Assembly: GCA_037140715.1 (NCBI GenBank)
Contig: JBAXDX010000003.1
Location: 1-60,537 of the forward strand
DNA from: Ignavibacteria bacterium
GTDB taxonomy: Bacteria > Bacteroidota > Ignavibacteria > Ignavibacteriales > SURF-24
Length of the DNA: 60,537 nucleotides
Direction of reading: 5' to 3'
Shown here: positions 30,307-40,286 of the stretch, piece by piece
Numbering within the stretch: the first letter of the stretch is position 1
Layout of the letters: the number at the start of each line of letters is the position of its first letter
Translations under genes and position numbers: made by a program
The notes under the pieces: model-generated
What the model saw: only the letters and a program-made list of their open reading frames with translations
The model's database searches: none
What the model was told of the DNA's origin: nothing

Positions 30307-30564
30307 TTGGTAAATTGCAGAACTTGCCTGTGTAAAAGCAGAAATTGCTTGTGCGCAGGCAGAAATTGCTTGTGCGCAGGCAGAAATCACTTGTGTAAAA
30401 GCAGAAACTGCTTGTGCATAGGCAGAAACTGCTTGTGCGCAGGCAGAAACTGCTTATGCACAGGCAGAAACTGCTTGTGTGCAGGCAGAAACTGCTTATG
30501 CGCAGGCAGAAACTGCTTGTGTACTAAGAAAAATACTTTGTATAGAAATAATTGCGCCCGATAA
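30307..30564 (+). CDS. Possible Cys-rich repeat peptide (RNCLCAG)n; may not be translated
   Basis: 85-aa open frame with a TTG start and 21 Cys; several repeat variants are synonymous in this frame; RBS is weak. Confidence 0.3.
   Translation: MVNCRTCLCKSRNCLCAGRNCLCAGRNHLCKSRNCLCIGRNCLCAGRNCLCTGRNCLCAGRNCLCAGRNCLCTKKNTLYRNNCAR
30317..30526 (+). repeat. Tandem array of 10 x 21-bp units, consensus GCAGAAACTGCTTGTGCGCAG
   Basis: Ten contiguous units in exact 21-bp register, with no spacers. Confidence 0.97.
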
Positions 30565-30858
30565 ATTTCCTTTCAGGCACAATAAAATATTATTTTCTGC
30601 TTTTCCGTTCTGTATTATTCTTCTTTTGTTGAAGGAGATTTGCCGTACACCCATGTTATCCCCATCTTTGCTTTATTATTTTTTATTTCTGTTCTTAGAC
30701 GGGCGGTTTCCATCGCTGACATATTTCCGTTCCGATTCGTTATCAGGGAGTAACAGCCAAGAGGACAATTTGTCGTACATCCCATAGTTGCTTTTGCTTG
30801 ATATTCACAACCCGTTTAGTTAGCTTTACATTTAATTTTTAGAAAAAAGAGGATTAGG

Positions 30859-31836
30859 ATGAGGGCAATTATACCTGTAGCAGGCTTCGGCAGCCGGCTG
30901 AAACCTCACACTTATTCAATACCAAAGGTGCTCCTGAACGTTGGGGGCAAACCAATTATTGGTCATATAGTTGAGAAACTATTAAGCGAAGATATTCACA
31001 AGGCAACTTTTATTATTGGTCATCTGGGTGAAATGGTCAGGGATTATATCTCTGATGTCTATCCTGAACTTCAGGCTGACTTTATTAAACAGAAAGAAAT
31101 ACTCGGTCTCGGACATGCTATTTACACGGCTATTCCGACTATCGATGACAAAGAGATTTTTATTATACTCGGAGATACGATCTTTGATGTTAATCTCAAA
31201 GACGTTTTTAAGAATAAATGCGCATCGCTTGGAGTAAAGACCGTTGAAGACCCCGGCCGTTTCGGCGTGGCTGTATGCGAAAACGGCAAGATAGTTACTC
31301 TGGTTGAAAAACCAAAAATACCGATATCTAAGCTTGCTCTTGTCGGACTTTATTATATTTCCGACAGCGATATACTCATCAGGAGCTTAAACGAACTGGT
31401 CGAAAAAGATATAAGAACCAAAGGCGAACTTCAGCTTACCGATGCCCTGCAGATTATGATCGATATGGGCGAGGAAATTACGACTTTCCCCGTTGACGGA
31501 TGGTACGACTGCGGAAAACCCGAGACTCTTCTTTCAACTAACCGGTTCATTCTTGAACGGGAAGCGACCCGCATCGAACTTAAGTCCGTTGTGATAAATC
31601 ACCCTGTCTTTATTGCTCCGGGTGCTGTAGTCAAAAATTCTGTTATCGGCCCTTATACGACAATTTCCGAAGGCTGCATCATTAAAGATTCAATCATCAG
31701 AAATTCAATAATCGGAGATGGGGCTAATGTTGAGAATGCTTTGCTTGATAATTCGCTTGTCGGTAATTCGGCAATTATTAAAGGGAATTTCCAGAAGTTA
31801 AACGCCGGAGATTCCTCGGAAATTGTTTTTTATTAA
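30859..31836 (+). CDS. Sugar-phosphate nucleotidyltransferase (glucose-1-phosphate thymidylyltransferase-like, with C-terminal hexapeptide repeats)
   Basis: AGFGSRL.P.T...PK, LGLGHA, EKP and W.DCG motifs. Confidence 0.88.
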   Translation: MRAIIPVAGFGSRLKPHTYSIPKVLLNVGGKPIIGHIVEKLLSEDIHKATFIIGHLGEMVRDYISDVYPELQADFIKQKEILGLGHAIYTAIPTIDDKEIFIILGDTIFDVNLKDVFKNKCASLGVKTVEDPGRFGVAVCENGKIVTLVEKPKIPISKLALVGLYYISDSDILIRSLNELVEKDIRTKGELQLTDALQIMIDMGEEITTFPVDGWYDCGKPETLLSTNRFILEREATRIELKSVVINHPVFIAPGAVVKNSVIGPYTTISEGCIIKDSIIRNSIIGDGANVENALLDNSLVGNSAIIKGNFQKLNAGDSSEIVFY

Positions 31837-31874
31837 TCATTTTTTTATAAATAAAATAAGGATAGGAAAGAAAA

Positions 31875-33032
31875 ATGTCATATTTTTTTACATCTGAATC
31901 AGTTTCAGAAGGGCATCCCGACAAAGTAGCTGACGCTATTTCTGACGGTGTTTTAGACGCTATTTATGCACAGGATCCCAACGCCAGAGTGGCTTGCGAA
32001 ACTTTTGTAACTACTGGTCTTGTATTAGTCGGCGGCGAAATTACTACAACGGCTTATATTGATATTCAGGACGTTGCTAGGAAAACAGTTCAAAAAATAG
32101 GTTATACAAGTGCGGATTATAAATTTGATTCAGAGTCATGCTCTGTTCTTAACGCTATTCATTCGCAGTCTCCTGATATCGCTATGGGTGTTGACACAGG
32201 TGGCGCGGGTGACCAGGGCATCATGTTCGGTTATGCCTGCGACCAGACCGAAGAGCTTATGCCTATGCCTATCGTATTTGCTCATAAGCTCATGCTTAAG
32301 CTTACTGAAATCAGAAAAAATAAGAATGGTCTTATGCCTTATTTAAGACCTGATGCTAAAAGCCAGGTTACTATTGAATATGATGACAACAATACCCCGC
32401 TCAGAGTCGATGCGGTCGTTATCTCTACCCAGCATGACGGCGATGCCAGGCAGGAACAGATTAAAGCGGACGTTATCGAATATGTAATTAACCAGGTTAT
32501 CCCTGCTAAGTTCTTAGATGAGAATACTAAGATTTTCGTTAATCCGACAGGACGTTTTGAAATCGGCGGTCCTCATGGCGACAGCGGTCTTACCGGCAGA
32601 AAGATAATTGTTGATACATACGGCGGATGGGCACCTCACGGTGGCGGAGCTTTTTCGGGAAAAGATCCTTCCAAGGTTGACAGAAGTGCTACATACGCGG
32701 CGCGCCACATCGCGAAGAATGTTGTCGGAGCTAAGCTTGCTAAAGAATGTCTTGTTCAGGTTGCATACGCTATCGGTGTGGCTCAGCCCGTTTCAATTTT
32801 TGTCGATACAAAAGGCACCGGTGTTATCAGCGATAAGGAAATAGCTGAAATGATTCAGAAAGAAGTTGACCTTACACCTAAGGGAATCATCGAACGCCTT
32901 AAGCTGAGAAGACCTATCTATCAGAAGACTTCCGCTTATGGCCATTTTGGACGCAACGATGAGGATTTTACATGGGAAAATCTTGATCTGGTTTCTACAT
33001 TTGAAAAATATGCAAAAGGAAATAATAAATGA
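31875..33032 (+). CDS. metK: S-adenosylmethionine synthetase
   Basis: SESV.EGHPDK, GAGDQG and GGGAFSGKD motifs. Confidence 0.98.
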   Translation: MSYFFTSESVSEGHPDKVADAISDGVLDAIYAQDPNARVACETFVTTGLVLVGGEITTTAYIDIQDVARKTVQKIGYTSADYKFDSESCSVLNAIHSQSPDIAMGVDTGGAGDQGIMFGYACDQTEELMPMPIVFAHKLMLKLTEIRKNKNGLMPYLRPDAKSQVTIEYDDNNTPLRVDAVVISTQHDGDARQEQIKADVIEYVINQVIPAKFLDENTKIFVNPTGRFEIGGPHGDSGLTGRKIIVDTYGGWAPHGGGAFSGKDPSKVDRSATYAARHIAKNVVGAKLAKECLVQVAYAIGVAQPVSIFVDTKGTGVISDKEIAEMIQKEVDLTPKGIIERLKLRRPIYQKTSAYGHFGRNDEDFTWENLDLVSTFEKYAKGNNK

Positions 33033-34357
33033 GTCAGATAACAGAAAAAGAGACATACCTGGCACCGAAATATAAAGTAAAGGATATTTCGCTGGCAGCG
33101 TGGGGCAGAAAAGAAATCGAACTGGCCGAGGCTGAAATGCCCGGGCTTATGTCCTTAAGACAGGAATATGGTCCTTCAAAACCGCTTAGAGGTGCGCGAA
33201 TCGCAGGATGTTTACACATGACAATTCAGACCGCAGTCTTAATTGAAACGCTGGTTGAACTCGGCGCAGAAGTTACATGGTCTTCATGTAATATTTTCTC
33301 CACTCAGGATCATGCAGCAGCAGCAATTGCAGTAGCAGGAATTCCTGTTTACGCCTGGAAAGGTATGAACGCTGAGGAATTTGACTGGTGCATTGAGCAG
33401 ACATTGTTCTTCGGCGAAGATAAAAAACCGCTTAACATGATTCTGGATGACGGTGGCGATTTGACCAACATGGTTCTCGATAAATTCCCTGAACTTGTTA
33501 AAGATATCAGAGGTCTTTCGGAAGAAACAACTACTGGCGTTCACCGTCTTTACGAAAGAGTTGCAAACGGTACGTTGCCTGTGCCCGCTTTCAACGTCAA
33601 TGACTCGGTAACAAAGTCAAAGTTTGATAACAAGTACGGTTGCCGTGAATCTTTGGTTGACGCTATCAGGCGTGCCACCGATCTTATGATGGCCGGCAAA
33701 GTAGCCGTTGTCGCAGGTTACGGCGATGTTGGCAAAGGCTCGGCACAGTCCTTAAGAAGTGCCGGAGTAAGAGTTATCGTTACCGAAATCGATCCGATAT
33801 GCGCCCTTCAGGCTGCCATGGATGGATATGAAGTAAAGAAAATGGCGAACGCAGTCCCAAGAGCCAATATTGTTGTTACAGCTACAGGCAACATGAACAT
33901 TGTTACCGAAGAACACTTCAGGTTAATGAAAGATAAAACTGTTGTCTGCAATATCGGACACTTCGATACCGAAATCGATATGGCATGGTTAAACAAGAAC
34001 TACGGCAATACGAAAGACACCATTAAGCCTCAGGTCGATAAATACAACATTGAAGGGAAAGATATCATCGTACTGGCTGAAGGCAGACTGGTCAACCTTG
34101 GTTGTGCTACGGGGCATCCTTCATTTGTAATGTCAAATTCATTTACAAACCAGGTATTAGCCCAGCTTGAACTATGGTCTAACTCAAAGGCTTATGAAAA
34201 TAAGGTTTATACACTGCCTAAGTATCTCGATGAAAAAGTCGCAAGACTTCACCTCGGACAGATAGGCGTTGAACTTGATACATTAAGCACCGAACAGGCT
34301 AAATATATCGGAGTAACGGTAGAAGGCCCATACAAACCTGAATATTACCGCTACTAA
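33029..34357 (+). CDS. ahcY: Adenosylhomocysteinase
   Basis: [31 protein letters not shown] and GHPSFVMS motifs; ATGA overlap with metK. Confidence 0.98.
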   Translation: MSQITEKETYLAPKYKVKDISLAAWGRKEIELAEAEMPGLMSLRQEYGPSKPLRGARIAGCLHMTIQTAVLIETLVELGAEVTWSSCNIFSTQDHAAAAIAVAGIPVYAWKGMNAEEFDWCIEQTLFFGEDKKPLNMILDDGGDLTNMVLDKFPELVKDIRGLSEETTTGVHRLYERVANGTLPVPAFNVNDSVTKSKFDNKYGCRESLVDAIRRATDLMMAGKVAVVAGYGDVGKGSAQSLRSAGVRVIVTEIDPICALQAAMDGYEVKKMANAVPRANIVVTATGNMNIVTEEHFRLMKDKTVVCNIGHFDTEIDMAWLNKNYGNTKDTIKPQVDKYNIEGKDIIVLAEGRLVNLGCATGHPSFVMSNSFTNQVLAQLELWSNSKAYENKVYTLPKYLDEKVARLHLGQIGVELDTLSTEQAKYIGVTVEGPYKPEYYRY

Positions 34358-34380
34358 AACTCTGTACATCTTTCCAAAGA

Positions 34381-34412
34381 AAAAGGGGTACCCATTAAGG
34401 TACCCTTTTTTA
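34381..34412 (+). terminator. Rho-independent terminator after ahcY
   Basis: GGGTACC-loop-GGTACCC hairpin followed by a T run. Confidence 0.85.
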
Positions 34413-34671
34413 TTTACATCTTGTCATTATAAGGTTCATTTTTCCATACGGTAAATGTGACATCAAAAGCATTTTGCAGTTCATATAATGTCTGTCGTTA
34501 TTTGTTTTTCGCTGAATACCTTTTTTCACCTGTGAATAAATATAAATTCAATAGATTATCTTTTATTTTTTTGTTAGATTTGAATCAAATTTTGTTGCAT
34601 ATATGAGTTTATGCAGACCTGAACTATGTGTTATAAATTATTCTTACAAAATTTGATTTAAAAGGACTATC

Positions 34672-35358
34672 ATGAAAGAACACTTTACTAAAGAAACCGT
34701 CAGCCTGAAAGAAAATCTGATTAAAATGGCATCGCTTGTTGATGAACAGGTAGGCATTGCCATAACGGCTCTTGAAACAGGCAATAAGGAACTGACAAAA
34801 GGCATTAAGGGAAAAGAACTCGAAGTTGACCTCTATGACAATCTGATTAAGACACAGTGTGAAAATATACTGGCGCTCTTCCAGCCCGTAGCAACCGACC
34901 TGAGGTTTATTATGTCAGTTCTTATGATAAGCAACCAGCTTGAACGTTGTGGCGATATAGCGGTTAATGTTGCACAGAGAGTCAAAAAGACCACGGCTAA
35001 TCATGAACTTATAATTGAGTCAAAGATTCTTGAAATGGGAAAATATGCGCAGACGATGGTCAAAGATGCTATAGACTGCTTTGTAAACAATAGCGCCCAA
35101 CTGGCTGAAAAGGTAATGGGAACAGACGAGATAGTTGATAAGATGAACAAAGATATCTTTAAATTCCTGGTGGCTAAAATGCAGTCGGATAGTTCAGTTA
35201 TCGAAACCTGTGCGCATCTTATCGTACTAACACGCCATCTTGAACGTTTAGCCGACCATGCAACAAATATAGCCGAGGATTTAATCTTCTACGTAAATGC
35301 CGAAATTATAGCCCACAAAAAAAAGGATAGAAAGCCTGACAATGGAGCGGGGGAGTGA
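34672..35358 (+). CDS. phoU: Phosphate signalling protein PhoU
   Basis: QPVA.DLR, LER.GD and LER.ADHA.NIAE repeats. Confidence 0.95.
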   Translation: MKEHFTKETVSLKENLIKMASLVDEQVGIAITALETGNKELTKGIKGKELEVDLYDNLIKTQCENILALFQPVATDLRFIMSVLMISNQLERCGDIAVNVAQRVKKTTANHELIIESKILEMGKYAQTMVKDAIDCFVNNSAQLAEKVMGTDEIVDKMNKDIFKFLVAKMQSDSSVIETCAHLIVLTRHLERLADHATNIAEDLIFYVNAEIIAHKKKDRKPDNGAGE

Positions 35359-35393
35359 AACATCATCATATCATGCATTCTCATGCAGGATTT

Positions 35394-36167
35394 TTAACCA
35401 TACTTGCCCGATATGTAATCTTCAGTCAGCTTTTTAGATGGTCTGGTAAATATCTGATTTGTTAAATTAAATTCGATCATATCACCAAGAAGCATATAGC
35501 CTGTATAATCTGAGATTCTTGCTGCCTGTTGCATATTATGGGTTACTATTACAATCGTGTAATCTTTCTTAAGCTCTATCATCAGCTCTTCGATTTTCTG
35601 TGTTGCAATCGGGTCAAGGGCGGAGCAAGGTTCATCCATCAAAATCACTTCTGGTTCAACAGCTAAAAGTCTTGCTACGCAGAGCCGTTGTTGCTGATCT
35701 AATGGGAGGTCAGTTGCCTGATAATTAAGTCTGTCTTTTACCTGGTCCCATAGCCATGCGGCTTTAAGACTTTTTTCCGCGATTTCAGATAACCTGCTTT
35801 TACCGCTCATGCCTGCGACTTTAAGTCCATAGATTACATTTTCATAAATCGAAAGGGGAAACGGATTTGGGCGCTGAAAAACCATACCTACTCTCTTGCG
35901 CAGTTCGGTAACTTCCATATCCTGACTATAAATATTAACACCATCGAGCAGAGCTTCACCGGTAATCTTTACTCCGTGGATCAGATCATTCATACGGTTT
36001 AGCGAGCGTAAAAGCGTGGACTTGCCACAACCCGAAGGACCGATGAGCGCAGTAATCATATTTGACTGAACCGGTATGTCAATATTTTTCAAGGCGTGAA
36101 ATTTTGTGTAATACAAATTCAGATCTTTGACATCAATTTTATTTTTTGTTGCTGTTATGTGTTCCAT
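35394..36167 (-). CDS. pstB: Phosphate ABC transporter ATPase PstB (copy with degenerate ABC signature)
   Basis: [29 protein letters not shown] and VTHNMQQA motifs; signature reads LPLDQQQR. Confidence 0.92.
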   Translation of the reverse strand: MEHITATKNKIDVKDLNLYYTKFHALKNIDIPVQSNMITALIGPSGCGKSTLLRSLNRMNDLIHGVKITGEALLDGVNIYSQDMEVTELRKRVGMVFQRPNPFPLSIYENVIYGLKVAGMSGKSRLSEIAEKSLKAAWLWDQVKDRLNYQATDLPLDQQQRLCVARLLAVEPEVILMDEPCSALDPIATQKIEELMIELKKDYTIVIVTHNMQQAARISDYTGYMLLGDMIEFNLTNQIFTRPSKKLTEDYISGKYG

Positions 36168-36169
36168 TT

Positions 36170-36925
36170 CTACCCGAATCTTCCGGTTATATAATCATTA
36201 GTTTCTTTTTGATCCGGAGCCGTAAATATTTTCTTTGTATCGCCAAATTCAACAAGTCCGCCCATCAGAAAAAAGGCTGTGCGGTCTGCTACTCTGGCTG
36301 CCTGTTTTGTATTGTTGGTTACGAGAATAATCGTATAATCTTTTTTAAGTATCGTAAGTGCATCCTCAATCTTTGAAGTAGAAATCGGATCGAGTCCGGA
36401 GCATGGTTCATCGAGCAAAATCACATCAGGTTCCATTGCAAGTGCTCTCGCAAGGCATAAGCGTTGCTGCTGTCCGCCCGAAAGCCTCATACCGGAAGTC
36501 TTAAGCCTGTCTTTTACTTCTTCCCAAATATACGCCGATGTCAGCGACTTTTCGACAAGTTCGTCCAAACGGTTTTTATCAGAAATGCCTGAAAGCCTCG
36601 GTCCATAAACAACATTTTCATAAATACTCATGGGAAGTGGCACCGGCATAGCAAAGACCATCCCGACTTTCTTTCTTAACGAAACAACATCATATCCGGT
36701 AGCATAAATATCATTGCCATCCATTAAAATGCGTCCCTCAACGCGGGGCATTATATCAAGGTCGTTCATTCGGTTTAACGCTCTTAAAAATGTCGTCTTA
36801 CCCGAGCCGGAAGGACCAATTATGCCGAGTATCTCATTTGCGACAATATCAAAGTTAATATTGCTCAGACATTTCTTTTTGCCAAAATAAAAGCTAAGAT
36901 TTTTTATGTTAAATTTATCATTCAT
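36170..36925 (-). CDS. pstB: Phosphate ABC transporter ATPase PstB (second copy)
   Basis: [18 protein letters not shown] and [10 protein letters not shown] motifs; the Q-loop reads VFA and the H-switch reads VTNN. Confidence 0.92.
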   Translation of the reverse strand: MNDKFNIKNLSFYFGKKKCLSNINFDIVANEILGIIGPSGSGKTTFLRALNRMNDLDIMPRVEGRILMDGNDIYATGYDVVSLRKKVGMVFAMPVPLPMSIYENVVYGPRLSGISDKNRLDELVEKSLTSAYIWEEVKDRLKTSGMRLSGGQQQRLCLARALAMEPDVILLDEPCSGLDPISTSKIEDALTILKKDYTIILVTNNTKQAARVADRTAFFLMGGLVEFGDTKKIFTAPDQKETNDYITGRFG

Positions 36926-36942
36926 TCAATAACCAGTTTAAT

Positions 36943-37779
36943 TTAACTTCTTTTGGCGATGAAACGGCTCATCATCCAGTAAGCTGAAAGATTTATAAAC
37001 AACACGGCGATTATCAGCGTAGCAGCAGTACCGTAAGCATTCTCCTGGGAGATACCTTCGCGTGCAAGAATATAGAAATGCACAGCCATTGTACGCGTGG
37101 AGTCAAGAATACTCTCAGGCAGTCTAAGCGATGAGCCTGCTGTAAAAATAACCGCCGCTGTTTCTCCGATCGATCGTCCAATGCTTAACATAACTCCGGT
37201 AACTATTCCGGGCAATGCGTTCGGCAGTATTACTCTTTTAACTGTCTGCCAGCTTGTGGCACCAAGCGAGAAGCTTACTTCGCGGTAAGATTTTGGTACC
37301 GAACGAATCGCTTCCTCCGATGTGCGGATAATCGTAGGCAGTATCATAACCGCAAGCGTAAGTCCGCCTGAAAGTATCGACCAGCCCAAGCCAAGTGTTA
37401 CAACAAAGAATATATAACCAAACAAACCAAAAATAATTGATGGAATACCTGCCAGACAGTCTGTGCCAAAGCGTATAACCTTTGTCAGTTTTGTCTCTTT
37501 GGTGTATTCGGAAAGATAGACCGATGTAAAAATACCAAGCGGAGTAGCAATTATAATTGCAAGCAGAGGTAAAAGTATTGTCCCGATTATAGTAGGAAAT
37601 ATACCTCCCGAACGCCCAAGGTCTTCAGGCTTCCCCGTCAGAAATCTGAGGCTTATTACCGGCAGACCTTTTTCCAGTATAAAACCAATAATAAAAATAA
37701 GTATCAGAAGCGTAAACAACGCAGCTCCGCCAAGCATGACGACTGCGACTTTTTGTATGTGCCTTGGATGGATTCTCAT
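36943..37779 (-). CDS. pstA: Phosphate ABC transporter permease PstA
   Basis: LAGIPSIIFGLFG and GR.IGETA motifs. Confidence 0.93.
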   Translation of the reverse strand: MRIHPRHIQKVAVVMLGGAALFTLLILIFIIGFILEKGLPVISLRFLTGKPEDLGRSGGIFPTIIGTILLPLLAIIIATPLGIFTSVYLSEYTKETKLTKVIRFGTDCLAGIPSIIFGLFGYIFFVVTLGLGWSILSGGLTLAVMILPTIIRTSEEAIRSVPKSYREVSFSLGATSWQTVKRVILPNALPGIVTGVMLSIGRSIGETAAVIFTAGSSLRLPESILDSTRTMAVHFYILAREGISQENAYGTAATLIIAVLFINLSAYWMMSRFIAKRS

Positions 37780-38633
37780 TTTTTAACCATCCTTTTCCTT
37801 AATGCAACGCTTGCGATAGAGTTAAGTATGATAATGCCGACTAAAAGCACAACGCCCGTTGCAAAGAGTGCCTGACGGTGCATACCCGTAGCGTAACTCA
37901 TCTCAAGGGCGATATTGGCAGTAAGCGTTCTGACCGAATCAAGAGGCGAATGGGGAATATTAACCGAGTTACCCGCAACCATTATTACAGCCATCGTCTC
38001 ACCTACAGCTCTGCCAAGTCCCAAAATTATACTTGCAATAATGCCCGATTTGGAAGCTTTGATAGTAACCATATAAATTGTCTGCCATGTCGTAGCACCC
38101 AGGGCAAGCGAACCTTCCCGGTATGACTGAGGTACAGTAAGAATAGAATCAATAGAAATACTGATTACAGTAGGAAGTATCATAATACCGAGAATAATCG
38201 AGCCTCCCAGAAGTGATAAACCAGGCCCGCCTAAGAACTCTCTGATTAACGGAGCCAGTACCATTACGCCGATAAAACCATAAACAACCGATGGAATAGC
38301 TGCAAGCAACTCTATCGTGGGTTTAATAACTCTCATAACTGGCCTGGGTGCGTACTCACTCAGGAAAAGCGCGACTGCCACTCCAAGCGGAGCACCCACA
38401 ACCATCGCTCCGAATGTAACCCATAGCGAGGCAGCAATCATCGGAAATATACCGAACCTGCCCTGCTGAGGGACCCAGTCATTTGAGAAAAGAAAATCCT
38501 TTATGCCATACCTGAAAATAAAAGGGAGACCTTCGCTTAAAATAAAAAGAGCTATAAGCAGCAATGCCGATATAGCTGAAAACGCCGTGAACATAAGTGC
38601 GCGCTGCACTCCCTTCTCACCAATCAATTTCAT
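37776..38633 (-). CDS. pstC: Phosphate ABC transporter permease PstC
   Basis: ELLAAIPSVVYG and GRAVGETMAV motifs. Confidence 0.94.
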   Translation of the reverse strand: MKLIGEKGVQRALMFTAFSAISALLLIALFILSEGLPFIFRYGIKDFLFSNDWVPQQGRFGIFPMIAASLWVTFGAMVVGAPLGVAVALFLSEYAPRPVMRVIKPTIELLAAIPSVVYGFIGVMVLAPLIREFLGGPGLSLLGGSIILGIMILPTVISISIDSILTVPQSYREGSLALGATTWQTIYMVTIKASKSGIIASIILGLGRAVGETMAVIMVAGNSVNIPHSPLDSVRTLTANIALEMSYATGMHRQALFATGVVLLVGIIILNSIASVALRKRMVKK

Positions 38634-38662
38634 CTAATTTTTCCAGTCAGTAAAAATTTATG

Positions 38663-39457
38663 TTATTTAACAGGCAATAAATGGTTTGCCTTAATTGTCT
38701 GCTGGCCTTCAGGCGAAAGAATATAATCAATAAAATTCCCTACTTCGCCCGGCGCATCACCTTTTACCAGCAGGTATATCGGTCTTACAATCTTATAGTC
38801 ACCCGCAATAATTGATTCAGATGTACATGCCTGACCATCGAGGCTGAGCGCAGTTATCTTTTCGTTAATAAGTCCGTGTGAAAGGTAACCGACCGAGTTA
38901 ACATCGTTAGCTACAGTCTCCCTGATTGTTCCGTTAGAATCCTGAATGAGAGCTTCTTTCTTCAGTACAATTCCCTTTACTATCTGTTCGAATGACGACC
39001 TTGTGCCGGAGCCGGCTTCACGTGAGACAACAGTAATTGCAGCGTCAGTACCGCCGACTTCCTTCCAGTTTGTAATCCTGCCGTTGAATATGTCGCGTAC
39101 CTGATCGGTTGTCAGGCTCATTACGCTGTTTTTGGGATTAACCACAACAGCAATACCGTCCTTGGCAACCGCAACAGACGTAAGTGCCTTTGCTTCATCC
39201 GGCAATATAACCAGATCAGCCATGCCAATTTGTGCCGCACCTGAATTAGCCGACTGAATACCAACAGCCGAACCGCCACCCTGTACTGTTATTGAAACGT
39301 TGTTATGCGTACTCATATACTGTTCGGCAAGTTTTTCAGCAAAAGGCTGAAAAGCAGTCGAACCCGCCATAGTTATAGCCGTTTTACCTTTGCCACAACC
39401 CGCAATCAACAAACCGATTGTAAAAATCGAAGAAAGAACAATTATCTTTTTTAACAT
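38663..39457 (-). CDS. pstS: Phosphate-binding lipoprotein PstS (start set at ATG 39457)
   Basis: Lipobox LIAG-C; AGST, GGGS and RE.GSGTR motifs; GGAG RBS before the ATG. Confidence 0.92.
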   Translation of the reverse strand: MLKKIIVLSSIFTIGLLIAGCGKGKTAITMAGSTAFQPFAEKLAEQYMSTHNNVSITVQGGGSAVGIQSANSGAAQIGMADLVILPDEAKALTSVAVAKDGIAVVVNPKNSVMSLTTDQVRDIFNGRITNWKEVGGTDAAITVVSREAGSGTRSSFEQIVKGIVLKKEALIQDSNGTIRETVANDVNSVGYLSHGLINEKITALSLDGQACTSESIIAGDYKIVRPIYLLVKGDAPGEVGNFIDYILSPEGQQTIKANHLLPVK

Positions 39458-39593
39458 GAAATGCTCCAATGTTTTTATTAATATTTTTTAGGCTTTATCT
39501 TTATAAGTTTACAAAATTAGTTATTATAATTGAATCAAACCAGAGAAATGTTCCTGTTTAGCCCTTTTTCCTTTGAACCCTGCCTTCTGCACT

Positions 39594-40286
39594 TTATTCA
39601 GCGATAAACAAAATACTTCCCCCGTCAAAAACCTGCCCATTATATAATTCTATAATTGTATAATCCAATGATTCAAGATATCTGTGCAACTCTTCTCCGT
39701 TGCTTAATGAATTGAGGCTCCCGATAAGGAAGAATTTATTCTCAAATACTCCGCACGCACCGCCTAAAAAACCATGCGGAAAACCCGGCAGAATTATTTC
39801 TCCTGGTGAAATATATAAAGACTTTAATTCGCGCGACCTAAGCTCTCTGTCAATCGCCTCATCCGATGTAATAAAGTGATCCTCCTTCAACGCGATAAGA
39901 TTGCACCGACAGTAACCCTGCCGGACGTTTATCTTTTCCAGACTTACGGAATCTTCAAGTATAGAGGAATTTGTGGCTGAAAGGTTATGAATTAGATAAT
40001 TTTCATTTCTTACGGCATTATAAGCGGCACTCTCAGGATACTTCGCTCCAACGGCGGAGCTACCTTTAATAAAACGTATTCCTTTTTTATCAAGAAATTC
40101 AAAATATTTCTCCGGCAGTCCGGGCGCCATAATTAAACCGGAGATGCTCTGAAAAAAGAATATATCCGGGTGCCCCGAAATAGCATTGTAGGTAATACCC
40201 GCAGTTTCAAGCTCAATTATTTCACCGGTGCGGGACAAACTTAGCTTTGCCTTTCCCGGAATCTTTTTATCAATTAAAATAAGCAC
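39594..40286 (-). CDS. DUF6873-like (GME/pentein-fold) protein of unknown function
   Basis: GHPD, YN, QGY..C, GFLGGA and DGGS motifs recalled for this family. Confidence 0.6.
   Translation of the reverse strand: MLILIDKKIPGKAKLSLSRTGEIIELETAGITYNAISGHPDIFFFQSISGLIMAPGLPEKYFEFLDKKGIRFIKGSSAVGAKYPESAAYNAVRNENYLIHNLSATNSSILEDSVSLEKINVRQGYCRCNLIALKEDHFITSDEAIDRELRSRELKSLYISPGEIILPGFPHGFLGGACGVFENKFFLIGSLNSLSNGEELHRYLESLDYTIIELYNGQVFDGGSILFIAE

Larger units (their letters stand above)
30014..30783. repeat. Four copies of a ~25-bp motif (GGGTGTACGACAAATTTCCCTCTT), one forward and three inverted, two of them preceded by degenerate REP-like DNA
   Basis: Forward copy at 30014-30038; inverted copies at 30123-30146, 30632-30652 and 30759-30783; 30073-30146 aligns with 30708-30782. 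Confidence 0.75.

Noticed and set aside
30317-30526. CRISPR array
   Set aside because: Units are contiguous with no unique spacers, and no cas genes are in the window
34421-34439. Pho box upstream of phoU (TTGTCAT...GGTTCAT)
   Set aside because: The second half-site is poor and off the 11-bp register; no similar box is seen before pstS
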